NCBI GenBank assembly: GCA_902481965.1
Contig: CABSYH010000001.1
Coordinates: 1-42,409, forward strand
Reading direction: 5' to 3'
Source of the DNA: an uncultured Collinsella sp.
GTDB lineage: Bacteria > Actinomycetota > Coriobacteriia > Coriobacteriales > Coriobacteriaceae
Length of the DNA stretch: 42,409 nt
Shown here: piece after piece, positions 28,920 through 40,902 of the stretch
How the letters are laid out: every line of letters begins with the position of its first letter
Numbering within the stretch: the first letter of the stretch is position 1
Program-made: the position numbers and the translations under genes
The notes under the pieces: generated by a model
What the model was told of the DNA's origin: nothing
Database searches by the model: none
What the model saw: only the letters and a program-made list of their open reading frames with translations

Positions 28920-29054
28920 CTAGACAGTGAGACGCTTGCGGCCCTTGGCGCGACGACGGGCGAGCACGGCACGACCACCCTTAGTGGCCATACGGGCACG
29001 GAAGCCATGGGTCTTGGCACGCTTACGCTTATTAGGCTGATACGTACGCTTCAT
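28920..29054 (-). CDS. rpmH: 50S ribosomal protein L34
   Basis: [44 protein letters not shown]. Confidence 0.98.
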   Translation of the reverse strand: MKRTYQPNKRKRAKTHGFRARMATKGGRAVLARRRAKGRKRLTV

Positions 29055-29199
29055 CTTAAGTTCCTCCTGCTGCATTTCGAGTGTCCGCGGGGACGCGGAC
29101 GCAGATATAGACACGTGAGCTTGAAGATTGTAGGGAAATCAATGTTCAAATGTCAAGAAATCAAAGGTAAAAGGTTGCGCAGTTCACACGGTTCCCCCA

Positions 29200-29395
29200 T
29201 AAGCACAACCGAAATTTGCGCCTCATGGCAACCTTTCACGATATTTCATCAAGTTTTCAACAGGTCATGTTGGCAATGTTGAGAACTTTTCACCCGTTTT
29301 CCAAAGTTTTCAACAAGTTTTGAAAAGTTGTCGAAAGATGAGAAACGTTGCACGGTGAGCTACTATTTGTTCGAAACCTTTTGAAAGATTGCGAG
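29200..29395. promoter_or_regulatory. Upstream oriC sub-region with putative variant DnaA boxes
   Basis: AT-rich; TTTTCAACA at 29254 and 29307; reverse-strand TTCTCAACA (29277) and TTGCCAACA (29268), plus further degenerate copies. Confidence 0.65.
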
Positions 29396-29399
29396 CGGC

Positions 29400-30728
29400 A
29401 TGTCTGACGACTTTTACACCATGGTCGATTCCGGAGACCCGGCACCCGACAACGAGCACATCACCGGCGTGCGCGAAGAGCGTGCGGAAGGCGAGCAGAC
29501 GACCACGCAGGCGCCAAAAGCCATGTACGCCGCGCGCATCGCCGTCTATGACGACATGCTGTCGACACCGCGGGTGATCGTCATTGATCCGCAAGATGTC
29601 CGCACGTATTTGGAAGAGACGACCAACACCGTCTACCAGTGCATGAAAGAACAAGGTGGCCATATCTCGCTCATGGTCATCCGCGAGATTGTCGAAAACT
29701 TTATCCACGCACACTTTGCCGAGCCCATCATCTCGATTCTGGACGGCGGAGACACCATCCGCTTTGCTGACCAAGGACCCGGCATCGACGACAAGGAACG
29801 TGCTTTCGACTTTGGCGTTACCAGCGCAAACAGCAAGATGAAGCGCTATATCCGTGGAACCGGAGCAGGGTTTCCCATGGTGCAGGAGTATTTGGAAAAC
29901 GCCGGCGGTGCCGTATCCATCGAGGACAACATGGGCAACGGCACCGTGGTTACGGTAAGCCTGAACCCTAAACGCGTGCAGGAAATCGAGCGTGCCGGCG
30001 GACGCGGCGCTGCCGTGCGGCCCGAGACGGAGCAGCCCACATATCCCCTGCCGGGAGCTTTTGCGCAGCAGCCCGTGGCAACGCAGCAGATGCAGCCCCC
30101 CGTGGGACAGATGCAGCAGCCCGGAATGCTTCCCACACAAGAACCCCAGGCGGCATCTATGTCGATGCCGCCAAACATGCCAGAGGCCATGCCGCTGGCT
30201 GATCAGGATGCAGCAGCAATGCAGCAGGCGACGGGGGCGCCGGGTGGCCAGCAAATGGGCTATCAGCCGTACCAACAGGGATATCCATATCAGCAGATGC
30301 CGCCACTGGGGTATGGCCAGCAGTTCCCGCAGCAGTACCAGCAGATGCCGCAGCAGCAGTACAACCCCTGGGCCCAGCAGACGCCTCCGCAGCCTTACCA
30401 ACAGTGGCCTCAAAGTTTTCAACAGCAAATGCCGCCGACGCAGAGTTCTCAACAACCAGCAGCTCAAATGATGTATCCTAATGCAGTAAATCAGTATGCA
30501 CAGCCACAACCGGACGTGTTCGTAAGCGATCGCGGCAACGCCGCGCTGGGCTATCTGGCGCAAAATCAAGCGTGCGGCGCAACCGATCTTGCGAGGGCGT
30601 TTGGAAACTCGGCCCCCACTTGGTCACGCACGCTCAATGACTTGGCGCAGGCCGGCTTGGTCATCAAGCATGGCCAGAAATACCATCTGACCGAACTCGG
30701 CGCCGCTCGCGTGCGAGCTCAGAGCTAA
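29400..30728 (+). CDS. GHKL/HATPase_c-type ATPase with Gln/Pro-rich linker and C-terminal winged-helix domain; function unknown
   Basis: N-box REIVENFIHA, G1 DQGPGI, G2 GTGAGF, G3 GTVVTV; Q/P-rich segment; ATDLARAFGNSAPTWSRTLNDLAQAGLV HTH. Confidence 0.85.
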   Translation: MSDDFYTMVDSGDPAPDNEHITGVREERAEGEQTTTQAPKAMYAARIAVYDDMLSTPRVIVIDPQDVRTYLEETTNTVYQCMKEQGGHISLMVIREIVENFIHAHFAEPIISILDGGDTIRFADQGPGIDDKERAFDFGVTSANSKMKRYIRGTGAGFPMVQEYLENAGGAVSIEDNMGNGTVVTVSLNPKRVQEIERAGGRGAAVRPETEQPTYPLPGAFAQQPVATQQMQPPVGQMQQPGMLPTQEPQAASMSMPPNMPEAMPLADQDAAAMQQATGAPGGQQMGYQPYQQGYPYQQMPPLGYGQQFPQQYQQMPQQQYNPWAQQTPPQPYQQWPQSFQQQMPPTQSSQQPAAQMMYPNAVNQYAQPQPDVFVSDRGNAALGYLAQNQACGATDLARAFGNSAPTWSRTLNDLAQAGLVIKHGQKYHLTELGAARVRAQS

Positions 30729-30743
30729 AGAACGGGAGAGACA

Positions 30744-32468
30744 GTGGACGAGGAAGCAAGCATCATCCTGGGGGATGCCATCGCCTTTTGCCAGCGCGAC
30801 GGCCAAGATGCACGCCTCATCAACATGCTGGGGCAATCGCGCGCCATAAGCCTGACCGAAGATACGCTCACGATCGAGGCCCCCTCGCGCTTTGCCATCG
30901 CGCAGCTCAAAAAGCATCAGCCGACTATTGAGGCCTATCTGGAAGAAATCGCCTTTGCACCGATTGCTCTCGACATCGTGGCACCGCAAGGCGCCGCGAC
31001 GGAATCCGCTGCCGCCACGGCGCCCGCCACGGCTCCCGCTGCTTCCCCGGCGGTGCCGGCCTCCGCAGGCGATGTGCCGACAATCGAGCACCAGCACAGC
31101 GATGTTTCCCGTGAAACAATGGCACCGTTGACGAGCGCGGCGGCGACGTCAACGAACGCACCCGTCACGCACATGCCCATCGCTCACGACGCAGCGGCGG
31201 GCGCGGATTCGGGCATTGCAATCAAGAACACGCTCTCGGCCGACGATTTTCGTCGCATGATGAACCAGATGAAGGGCGGAGCGCCGACTAAATCCACGCA
31301 AGCTGCGGCCCCCGCTTCACCCATGCCAGCACCGACCGTGCCGGCCGAGCAGAATACGGATGGAGCCCCGCTTGCCGCGAACTCAAAATTTACCTTTGAG
31401 AACTTTGTCTACGGCCCCGAGAACAGCCATGCCTATCGCTCGGCACTCAAGTTTGCCGCCCTCGCGGACGAGCGCGGCACATGCACATCCCTGTTCATCT
31501 ATGGCAAATCGGGGCTGGGCAAGACCCATCTGCTGCTCGCCATCAAAAACGAGCTCGCCGAGAAGTCGCCCGAGATCAAGGTCAAGTATGCCAACTCCCA
31601 GGCATATCTGGACGACCTGATGACCGAGTTCGACCGTCAAAAGAAGAGCAACGCCCCCATCATGCAGGCGTACCACGGCGTGGACGTGCTCATCATCGAT
31701 GACATCCAAAACATCATCGGCAAGCGCGCGAGCGTGGACTACTTCTTCCAGCTCATGGACGAGTTCATCCGCAACAACAAGAAGGTCGTCATCGCGGCAG
31801 ACCGCGCCCCCAAGGACCTGAGCATGGACGAGCGTCTGACCAGCCGCTTCAACGCCGGCATGCTCTGCCTGGTCGCAGAGCCCAGCTACGAGATGAAATA
31901 CAAGATCTTGCAGCGCTATTACGAGAACACCATCGTCGCCGCTCCCGAGGCGGGCGACGACTCGCTGCTGGCGGCCTATGGGGGCGACGGCGGGCACCTG
32001 ACCGACGAACACTTTAAACACATGGCCGAGGTCTCGGGCACCAACATCCGCGAACTCGAGAGCTTTTGCGAGCGCTGCGCCGGCGAGGCGGGCGACCGCG
32101 AGCGCGAGGGCGGAGAGCTCACCTTTGACGATATCGACGCCATCGCCAGCCAGTACTTCGACACATCGGCCAAAAAGATCAACGTCCAGACGGTTCAGTC
32201 CGTCATCGAAGAGCAGTACGGCGTGACACACGAGGAGCTCATCGGCCCGCGTCGCAACGCCAATATCGCCAAAGCACGCCATATCGCTATCTACCTGGCC
32301 ATCGAGATGTGCGAAATGACGACCACGGCGGTGGGCGCCGAATTTGGCAACCGCAACCACTCGACCGTCAGCACGAGCTACAAAAAGGTCCAGAAGATGA
32401 TCCAGGAAGACCGCACCGTCACCGAAGACCTCAAGTCGCTGCGCGATAAAATTACACTGCGTTCGTAG
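30744..32468 (+). CDS. dnaA: Chromosomal replication initiator
   Basis: FTFENFV, YGKSGLGKTHLL, LIIDDIQ, RLTSRF, NIRELES; domain IV ARHIAIYL...FGNRNHSTV; directly upstream of dnaN. Confidence 0.95.
   Translation: MDEEASIILGDAIAFCQRDGQDARLINMLGQSRAISLTEDTLTIEAPSRFAIAQLKKHQPTIEAYLEEIAFAPIALDIVAPQGAATESAAATAPATAPAASPAVPASAGDVPTIEHQHSDVSRETMAPLTSAAATSTNAPVTHMPIAHDAAAGADSGIAIKNTLSADDFRRMMNQMKGGAPTKSTQAAAPASPMPAPTVPAEQNTDGAPLAANSKFTFENFVYGPENSHAYRSALKFAALADERGTCTSLFIYGKSGLGKTHLLLAIKNELAEKSPEIKVKYANSQAYLDDLMTEFDRQKKSNAPIMQAYHGVDVLIIDDIQNIIGKRASVDYFFQLMDEFIRNNKKVVIAADRAPKDLSMDERLTSRFNAGMLCLVAEPSYEMKYKILQRYYENTIVAAPEAGDDSLLAAYGGDGGHLTDEHFKHMAEVSGTNIRELESFCERCAGEAGDREREGGELTFDDIDAIASQYFDTSAKKINVQTVQSVIEEQYGVTHEELIGPRRNANIAKARHIAIYLAIEMCEMTTTAVGAEFGNRNHSTVSTSYKKVQKMIQEDRTVTEDLKSLRDKITLRS
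31103..31118. promoter_or_regulatory. parS site inside the dnaA coding sequence
   Basis: TGTTTCCCGTGAAACA, 15/16 match to consensus. Confidence 0.75.
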
Positions 32469-32706
32469 GGAAATAGAGACACCTGTTGAAAACTTGTCGA
32501 AACCACGGGCATAAGGTGTCTAAAACCCAACCCGCGGTGATGAAAAGTTTTGCGCAGGTTTTGAACGTGGAAAACCACCCCCGTTGCACACAGGTTGCTG
32601 TCGATTCTCTTTCTGGGTCTGACCTGCGTCTTTGGGAGTAATCAACGGTTTCGTCAGTGCTATTACTATTATTAAGATATTTATATCTATAGAAAGGTAT
32701 TAAAAG
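32469..32706. other. oriC, dnaA-dnaN sub-region: variant DnaA boxes, DnaA-trios and AT-rich unwinding element
   Basis: TGTTGAAAA at 32484, TGTCGAAAC at 32495, TGATGAAAA at 32538, CGTGGAAAA at 32566; CTATTACTATTATTA at 32660-32674 then an AT-rich run. Confidence 0.8.
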
Positions 32707-33810
32707 ATGAAGTTCACCGTCAGCCAGAGCTCGCTTACACAAGCCATCGGCGTCGTAATGAAGGGTGTCGCTTCGGCATCCACCCTTCCCATCCTGTCGG
32801 GCGTGCTCGTCAAGGCGCAAGACGGCATCTTGGAATTCCAGACCTCTAACTACACCATCTCGATCCGTCATCGCATCGCGGCGCATGTCGAAGAAGAGGG
32901 CGAGATGGTTATCCCCTGTAAGATGCTCTCCAATATCACCAAGACCCTCCCCGATGCCCCGGTCACCTTTGAGCTGTCCGAGCGCCAGGTGCTGATTGGT
33001 TGCGAGAAGAGCTCTTTTAGGCTGAACACGCTCGATGCTAATGACTTCCCCGAGTTTCCGGCCTATGCCATCGAGAGCGCCGTGGAACTGCCGACCGATA
33101 TCTTGTCCGAGATGGTCGGCCGCGTGTGGCGCGTCACCTCGACCGACAAGGCCCGCCCCATCCTGGGTGGCGTGCACATGAAGGTCGAGAACAACACCGT
33201 GCGCCTGGTGGCGACCGATTCCTTCCGCTTGGCCGTGTGCGATACGCAGGTCGAGACCTCAACCCTCGAGGGCTCCTTTGAACTCAACGTTCCGGCCGAC
33301 GCCTTTAACGACGCGCTGAACATCATGGCCAGCCAGGCGACCATCATGATCGGGGCTACCGACACCCAGGTCGTCTTTGAGGCCGGCAACACCACCTACG
33401 TGTCGCGCCGCATCGAGGGCGTGTACCCCAACTACAAGCAGCTCATCCCCGATTCGTGCGTGACGAGCGTCAAGATCGACGTCGCCGCCTTTAACGCCGC
33501 CCTCAAGCGCGTGGCCGTTATCGCGAGCGCCAACCCCGCCGTCAAGTTCGAGATCGATGTCGAGAACGGGCAGATGGGCCTGTCCTCCATTTCCAATGAC
33601 CAGGACCTTGCGCAGGAGACGATCGATGTCGAGGCCGAGGGCGAGTCGGGCACCATCGCCTTCAACTACCACTACATCTTCGGCTGCCTCAATGCCCTAT
33701 CCAAGGAGAAGGAGATCACGCTGGAGCTCAAGAGCTACTCGCAGGCGGGCATCTTCAAGTCCTACGACAAGATCAACTACCTGTACCTGGTCATGCCGGT
33801 CCGCATCTAG
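32707..33810 (+). CDS. dnaN: DNA polymerase III beta sliding clamp
   Basis: LPILSGVL, VATDSFRLA, SRRIEGVYPNY, YLVMPVRI. Confidence 0.97.
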   Translation: MKFTVSQSSLTQAIGVVMKGVASASTLPILSGVLVKAQDGILEFQTSNYTISIRHRIAAHVEEEGEMVIPCKMLSNITKTLPDAPVTFELSERQVLIGCEKSSFRLNTLDANDFPEFPAYAIESAVELPTDILSEMVGRVWRVTSTDKARPILGGVHMKVENNTVRLVATDSFRLAVCDTQVETSTLEGSFELNVPADAFNDALNIMASQATIMIGATDTQVVFEAGNTTYVSRRIEGVYPNYKQLIPDSCVTSVKIDVAAFNAALKRVAVIASANPAVKFEIDVENGQMGLSSISNDQDLAQETIDVEAEGESGTIAFNYHYIFGCLNALSKEKEITLELKSYSQAGIFKSYDKINYLYLVMPVRI

Positions 33811-33819
33811 CGTTGCGCC

Positions 33820-34926
33820 ATGACCATGTTCGCCCGCGATCTTTCCGTCGCGCACTACCGCAGCTTCGATAGCTATCGCCTTGCCCTAGACGACGGCGTG
33901 ACGATACTTGCGGGACCCAACGCGGCGGGAAAGACCAATCTCATAGAGGCGCTGCAGCTGCTGACGAGCGGCGCCTCGTTTAGGCATCCGACCGCAGCCG
34001 AGCTCGTTCATGACGGCGTGGGCTCGTGCAGGGTCGAGCTGAGGCTCGAGGGCGACGGCCGCGTGCTTGATATGGGATTGAGCGCGGAGGACGGTAAGCG
34101 CTCGTTTAGCCGCAACGGCAAGAGATGCTCTGCCGCCGGTGTGCGCGGGGTTCTGCCGAGCGTGCTGTTTTGCCCCGACCATCTGGACATGGTTAAGCGG
34201 GGCGCCAGTGTGCGCCGCGCCGCCCTCGATGACTTTGGCATGCAACTGAGCGCACGCTATGCCGATCTTGCGAGCGCCTATGGGCGCTGCGTGACCCAGC
34301 GCAACGCCTTGCTCAAGGAGACCTGGTGCTGCCGTGAGATGCTCGGCGCGTGGAACGATTCGATTGCCCGCGCGGGCGCGGCTCTGCTCGTGCACCGGTT
34401 GGCCCTGCTCGACCGGCTGGCGGGCCATGTGCGTACTGCCTACGGGCAAGTGGCGTCCGGTGAAGCCGCCAACGTGTCCTATGCGTCCACGCTGGGGGAT
34501 TTGCCCCAGGTCGAGGATCGCGAAGAGCTGAAGGGCTGGGCGTACGAGCGCACGCTGGCCGCCCTTGATGAGCACGCCGGCGAGGAAATTCGCCGCGGCG
34601 TGACGTTGGTGGGGCCGCATCGCGACGAGATTGAATTTACCGTGGCGGGTCGCTCCGCCCGTTCATTTGCCAGCCAAGGACAGCAGCGAACGTTGGTACT
34701 GTCCTGGAAGGTGGCCGAGGTGGCCGTGGCTCGCGATGTTCTGGGTACTGCTCCGCTGTTGCTTCTGGACGACGTGATGAGCGAGCTCGACGGCGAGCGT
34801 CGCGGCGCTTTCCTGCGGCTGATCGGCGATGATATCCAGACGGTCATAACCACGACCAACCTGGGGTACTTTACCGATGACCTGCTTGATCGAGCCAAGG
34901 TGGTGAGCATGGGTGAGACGTGCTAA
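33820..34926 (+). CDS. recF: DNA replication/repair protein RecF
   Basis: GPNAAGKTNLIEA, GPHRDE, SQGQQR, LLLDDVMSELD. Confidence 0.96.
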   Translation: MTMFARDLSVAHYRSFDSYRLALDDGVTILAGPNAAGKTNLIEALQLLTSGASFRHPTAAELVHDGVGSCRVELRLEGDGRVLDMGLSAEDGKRSFSRNGKRCSAAGVRGVLPSVLFCPDHLDMVKRGASVRRAALDDFGMQLSARYADLASAYGRCVTQRNALLKETWCCREMLGAWNDSIARAGAALLVHRLALLDRLAGHVRTAYGQVASGEAANVSYASTLGDLPQVEDREELKGWAYERTLAALDEHAGEEIRRGVTLVGPHRDEIEFTVAGRSARSFASQGQQRTLVLSWKVAEVAVARDVLGTAPLLLLDDVMSELDGERRGAFLRLIGDDIQTVITTTNLGYFTDDLLDRAKVVSMGETC

Positions 34927-35476
34927 TTACGAGCGCGAGAGCGAAACGGTCGCCTTCAGTGGCTTTTTGAACGCAGAGCGCCAGCGCATCCTGGCGGCTG
35001 CGACCCCTGAGCGCCGTGCGCAGATGGAGGCCGCCGAGGAGTCGCGCGCGGTCTATCGCGCGTGGAACGCGGTGTGCTCGGGCACGCGCGAGGGGCGGCA
35101 TGTGACGGGCCTGCGCTACCTGCCCGAGTCCAATGAGCTGCTGGTATATCTCGACTCGCCCTCGTGGACGCAGGAAATGACGTTGTTGCGCGAGATCATC
35201 CGCGCGCGCATGGAGCGCGCCGGTGCGCATGTGGACGGCCTGGTGTTCAAAACCACCGCGCCCGGTCACATGCCGCCCGCCGCCAAGGAGCGCCTTCGCC
35301 CAGCGACGACCGAGCGCCCGCCGGCCCCACACGCCGACCTCAGCGATGCCGAGCGCACCGAGATTGAGCGCCAAGTGGCGCCCATCGAAGACCAAAAACT
35401 GCGCGAGGCCCTCGAGAACGCCATGAGAGCCAGTGCCGAGTGGGCCAAGGGCGTGCAAAGCAAAAAAGAGCCTTAA
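34913..35476 (+). CDS. DUF721/DciA-like helicase-loading factor
   Basis: Lies between recF and gyrB as in Actinobacteria; LLVYLDSPSWTQEMTLLREII resembles the DUF721 core; start uncertain. Confidence 0.72.
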   Translation: MRRANYERESETVAFSGFLNAERQRILAAATPERRAQMEAAEESRAVYRAWNAVCSGTREGRHVTGLRYLPESNELLVYLDSPSWTQEMTLLREIIRARMERAGAHVDGLVFKTTAPGHMPPAAKERLRPATTERPPAPHADLSDAERTEIERQVAPIEDQKLREALENAMRASAEWAKGVQSKKEP

Positions 35477-35539
35477 ATCGCATCTGGTGGCCTTGTAGAG
35501 CCAAATACCCTCGTTCCCGAGGGTATTTTTTTACGATAA

Positions 35540-37612
<2,073 letters not shown>

Positions 37613-37623
37613 GAGGAGGTAAC

Positions 37624-40365
37624 GTGGCAGACGATATCAACAATAACGAGGGTATGGACGAGGCCGGCGATGCCGGTATGCCCGATGATCTGAAGCGCCT
37701 GCTTGCCCGTGCTGAGCAGGGCGAGGACGGCGATCCGGACGCCTATAACCCCGATGCCGATGATGATGAGGAGGAAGACGACGACGCCGAGCTCGAGGAG
37801 AGCTTTGGCGAAGTCGATCGCGGCGCCTCGGCCGGCGAGGATATCAACGGCGGCCAGCTCCAGATTTCGGAGTTCGGTCGCGAGATGAAGCAGTCGTTCA
37901 TCGAGTATTCGATGTCGGTTATCACGGCGCGCGCCCTGCCGGACGTGCGCGACGGCTTAAAGCCGGTGCACCGCCGCATCCTGTACGCGATGAACGAGAG
38001 CGGCATCTACCCCAACCGCCCGCACAAAAAGTCGGCCTGGACGGTCGGCGAAGTTATCGGTAAGTACCACCCGCACGGTGACTCTGCGGTCTACGAGGCC
38101 ATGGTCCGCCTGGCGCAGTGGTTCTCCATGCGCACGCCGCTCATCGACGGTCACGGCAACTTCGGCAACATCGATGGCGACGGCGCGGCGGCCATGCGTT
38201 ACACCGAGAGCCGCCTGGCCAAGCCCGCCATGGAACTGCTGCGTGACTTGCAGAAGGATACCGTCGACTGGCAGCCCAACTACGACGAATCGCTCGCCGA
38301 GCCCGTGGCACTGCCTGCGCGCTTCCCCAACCTGCTGGTCAACGGCAGCCAGGGCATCGCCGTCGGCATGGCCACCAACATCGCCCCGCATAACCTCACC
38401 GAGGCGATCGAGGCCACCTGCTACCTGATCGACAACCCCGACGCCACCGTCGACGAGCTCATGCAGATCATGCCCGGTCCGGACTTCCCCACCGGCGCCA
38501 TCATCATGGGCAGCGCCGGCATTAAGCAGAGCTACGAGACCGGCCGTGGCTCCATTACCGTGCGTGCCAAGGCACATGTGGAGTCCACCAAGACCGGCCG
38601 CAGCCGCCTGGTCTTTACCGAGATTCCCTACATGGTCAACAAGGGCACCCTGCAGGAGAAGATCGCCCAGCTCGTCAACGACAAGCGCATTGAGGGCATC
38701 TCGGATATGCGCGATGAGTCCAACCAGAAGGGCATCCGTCTGGTCATCGAGCTCAAGAAGGGCGTCATTCCGCAGGTCGTGCTCAACAACCTGTATAAGT
38801 ACACCTCGCTGCAGACGACCTTTGGCACCAACAACCTGGCACTCGTCAACGGCGTTCCCAAATGCCTGAGCCTGCGCGAGATGCTGCAGCACTACATCGA
38901 CCACCAGGTCGACGTCGTCACCCGCCGCACCCGCTTCGACCTTAAGAAGGCCCAGGCCCGCGCGCATATCCTCGAGGGCTACCTGATGGCCCTTGACCAT
39001 ATCGACGAGGTCATCAGCATCATCCGCTCCTCGCAGACCGACTCCGAGGCCAGCAGCCGACTGATCGAACGCTTTGGCTTTACGCCCGAGCAGACCACGG
39101 CCATCCTCGAGATGAAGCTGCGCCGCCTGACCGGCCTGGAGCGCGACAAGATCCAAGAAGAGTTGGACGGCCTGCGCCGCGCCATCGCCTACTACGAGGA
39201 CCTGCTGGCGCACGAGGAGAAGATTCTGGGCGTCATCAAGGAAGAGATGCGCGAGATCTCCAAGAAGTTTGGCGACAAGCGCCGTACCGAAATCAGCCAG
39301 GTTGAGAAGGACCTGGATGTCGAGGACCTCATCGCCGACGAGGATATGGTCGTGACCATCACCCACACCGGCTACGTTAAGCGTATCCCAGTGGCTGCCT
39401 ACCGTGCCCAGAAGCGCGGTGGCAAGGGCGTGTCGGGCGTCAACCTCAAAGAGGACGACGTTATCGATGAGATGTTCATCGCGTCCACGCACGAGTACGT
39501 GCTGTTCTTCTCGAGCAAGGGCAAGGTCTATCGCCTGAAGGTGCACGAGCTGCCGGTGGGTACGCGCCAGGCGCGCGGTACCGCGATCGTCAACCTGCTG
39601 CCCTTCGAGGAAGGCGAGAAGATCGCGAGCGTCATCAGCTGCCGCGAGTTCCCGGCCGACGAGTACCTGATGTTTGCCACCAAGAGCGGCATGGTCAAAA
39701 AGACCGTGATGAGCGCATATGACCGCAGCCGTCGCGACGGCCTGATCGCTATCAACCTGCGTGACGACGACGCGCTGCTGAACGTGCGCCGCGTGCGCGA
39801 GGGCGACAAGATTATCCTGGCCACCACCGCGGGCAAGGCGATCATGTTCTCCGAGGAGCAGGTGCGCGCCACCGGCCGCGATACCAGCGGCGTTCGCGGT
39901 ATCGGTCTGAAGGACGGCGTGAGCGTTCTGGGCATGGAAGTCACTAACGGCAACGGCGATCTATTCGTCATCACCGAGCGCGGCTACGGCAAGCGCACGC
40001 CGGTCGCGGACTACCCGGAGCAGAATCGCGGCGGCCAGGGCGTCTACACCATTCAAATGACCGAACGTAAGGGTAACCTCGCGGCCATGAAGACGGTGGG
40101 CCCGCAGCACGAGCTGTTCATCGTGACGGAGGGCGCGACGGTCATTCGCGTCAAGACCGACGAGATCAGCCAGACCGGCCGCGCCACCCAGGGCGTCAAG
40201 ATGATGACCGTCGACGACAACGACCGCGTATGCGCTGTCGCCCGCATGACGGCAGCCAAGGAAAAGCCCGAAGGCGAAGCTACAGAAAACGGCTCTGCTT
40301 CCGAAGAAACCCCTGTCGATCTAGGCGACGGCAACGACATGCCAGAAGATCTCCTCGACGAGTAA
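37624..40365 (+). CDS. gyrA: DNA gyrase subunit A
   Basis: [30 protein letters not shown], GyrA-box QKRGGKG, C-terminal pinwheel repeats. Confidence 0.97.
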   Translation: MADDINNNEGMDEAGDAGMPDDLKRLLARAEQGEDGDPDAYNPDADDDEEEDDDAELEESFGEVDRGASAGEDINGGQLQISEFGREMKQSFIEYSMSVITARALPDVRDGLKPVHRRILYAMNESGIYPNRPHKKSAWTVGEVIGKYHPHGDSAVYEAMVRLAQWFSMRTPLIDGHGNFGNIDGDGAAAMRYTESRLAKPAMELLRDLQKDTVDWQPNYDESLAEPVALPARFPNLLVNGSQGIAVGMATNIAPHNLTEAIEATCYLIDNPDATVDELMQIMPGPDFPTGAIIMGSAGIKQSYETGRGSITVRAKAHVESTKTGRSRLVFTEIPYMVNKGTLQEKIAQLVNDKRIEGISDMRDESNQKGIRLVIELKKGVIPQVVLNNLYKYTSLQTTFGTNNLALVNGVPKCLSLREMLQHYIDHQVDVVTRRTRFDLKKAQARAHILEGYLMALDHIDEVISIIRSSQTDSEASSRLIERFGFTPEQTTAILEMKLRRLTGLERDKIQEELDGLRRAIAYYEDLLAHEEKILGVIKEEMREISKKFGDKRRTEISQVEKDLDVEDLIADEDMVVTITHTGYVKRIPVAAYRAQKRGGKGVSGVNLKEDDVIDEMFIASTHEYVLFFSSKGKVYRLKVHELPVGTRQARGTAIVNLLPFEEGEKIASVISCREFPADEYLMFATKSGMVKKTVMSAYDRSRRDGLIAINLRDDDALLNVRRVREGDKIILATTAGKAIMFSEEQVRATGRDTSGVRGIGLKDGVSVLGMEVTNGNGDLFVITERGYGKRTPVADYPEQNRGGQGVYTIQMTERKGNLAAMKTVGPQHELFIVTEGATVIRVKTDEISQTGRATQGVKMMTVDDNDRVCAVARMTAAKEKPEGEATENGSASEETPVDLGDGNDMPEDLLDE

Positions 40366-40404
40366 GAGGCCCTGGCTGGTAGAAAATATCAGACCCCATA
40401 TATC

Positions 40405-40438
40405 GGCGGTCGGCGCACTGCGCGCCGACCGCTTTTTT
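40405..40438 (+). terminator. Intrinsic terminator after gyrA
   Basis: gcggtcggcgc...gcgccgaccgc followed by tttttt. Confidence 0.8.
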
Positions 40439-40617
40439 GAAAACCTTGGGACTCGTGTTCGCCCCGGTCGCACGGCGACATGTGAAGTCGATCGCGAGTT
40501 CCGCACGAGCCAGAGAGCACTTAATGTGCTCTCTGTGCGAGTCAGGACTGTCCGAGTAGGCGACTTCACATGCCGCCGTGCGACCGGGGCGAACACCCTT
40601 CAAAGATTTTCAAAAAA
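40433..40617. repeat. Long palindromic, MITE-like element
   Basis: 36-bp inverted repeats at 40455-40490 and 40561-40596 (35/36); central hairpin at 40511-40535; outer IR ttttttgaaaa/ttttcaaaaaa. Confidence 0.75.
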
Positions 40618-40622
40618 AGTTG

Positions 40623-40652
40623 TTGACGCGCGCGTAACGACTCGTCTAATAT
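40623..40652 (+). promoter_or_regulatory. Sigma-A-type promoter of tRNA-Ile
   Basis: TTGACG-N18-TAATAT ending 14 nt before the tRNA. Confidence 0.6.
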
Positions 40653-40666
40653 ATCCCTTGCGCGAT

Positions 40667-40743
40667 GGACCTGTAGCTCAGTTGGTTAGAGCGTCCGGCT
40701 GATAACCGGGAGGTCACAAGTTCGAATCTTGTCAGGTCCACCA
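40667..40743 (+). tRNA. tRNA-Ile (anticodon GAT)
   Basis: GGACCTGTAGCTCAGTTGGTTAGAGCGTCCGGCTGATAACCGGGAGGTCACAAGTTCGAATCTTGTCAGGTCCACCA, 77 nt. Confidence 0.97.
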
Positions 40744-40756
40744 TCAAAACTGTGAA

Positions 40757-40787
40757 GAGCCCTGGGGCGTTGCCTCGGGGCTTTTTT
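40757..40787 (+). terminator. Intrinsic terminator after tRNA-Ile
   Basis: agccctggggc-gtt-gcctcggggct followed by a T-tract. Confidence 0.75.
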
Positions 40788-40902
40788 CTTGTCTGCGATA
40801 AATCTCATTTTGGTTTTGTGTGCTGTGCGAAAGATTGGGTAGTATAGCTATTCAATGCGGCGACCTTGCCGCGTGTTAACCGCTACGTACCGGAGGTGTT
40901 CC

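Noticed and set aside
38065..38105. Quinolone-resistance substitution in GyrA
   Set aside because: [10 protein letters not shown] retains Ser and an acidic residue at the positions equivalent to E. coli 83 and 87.
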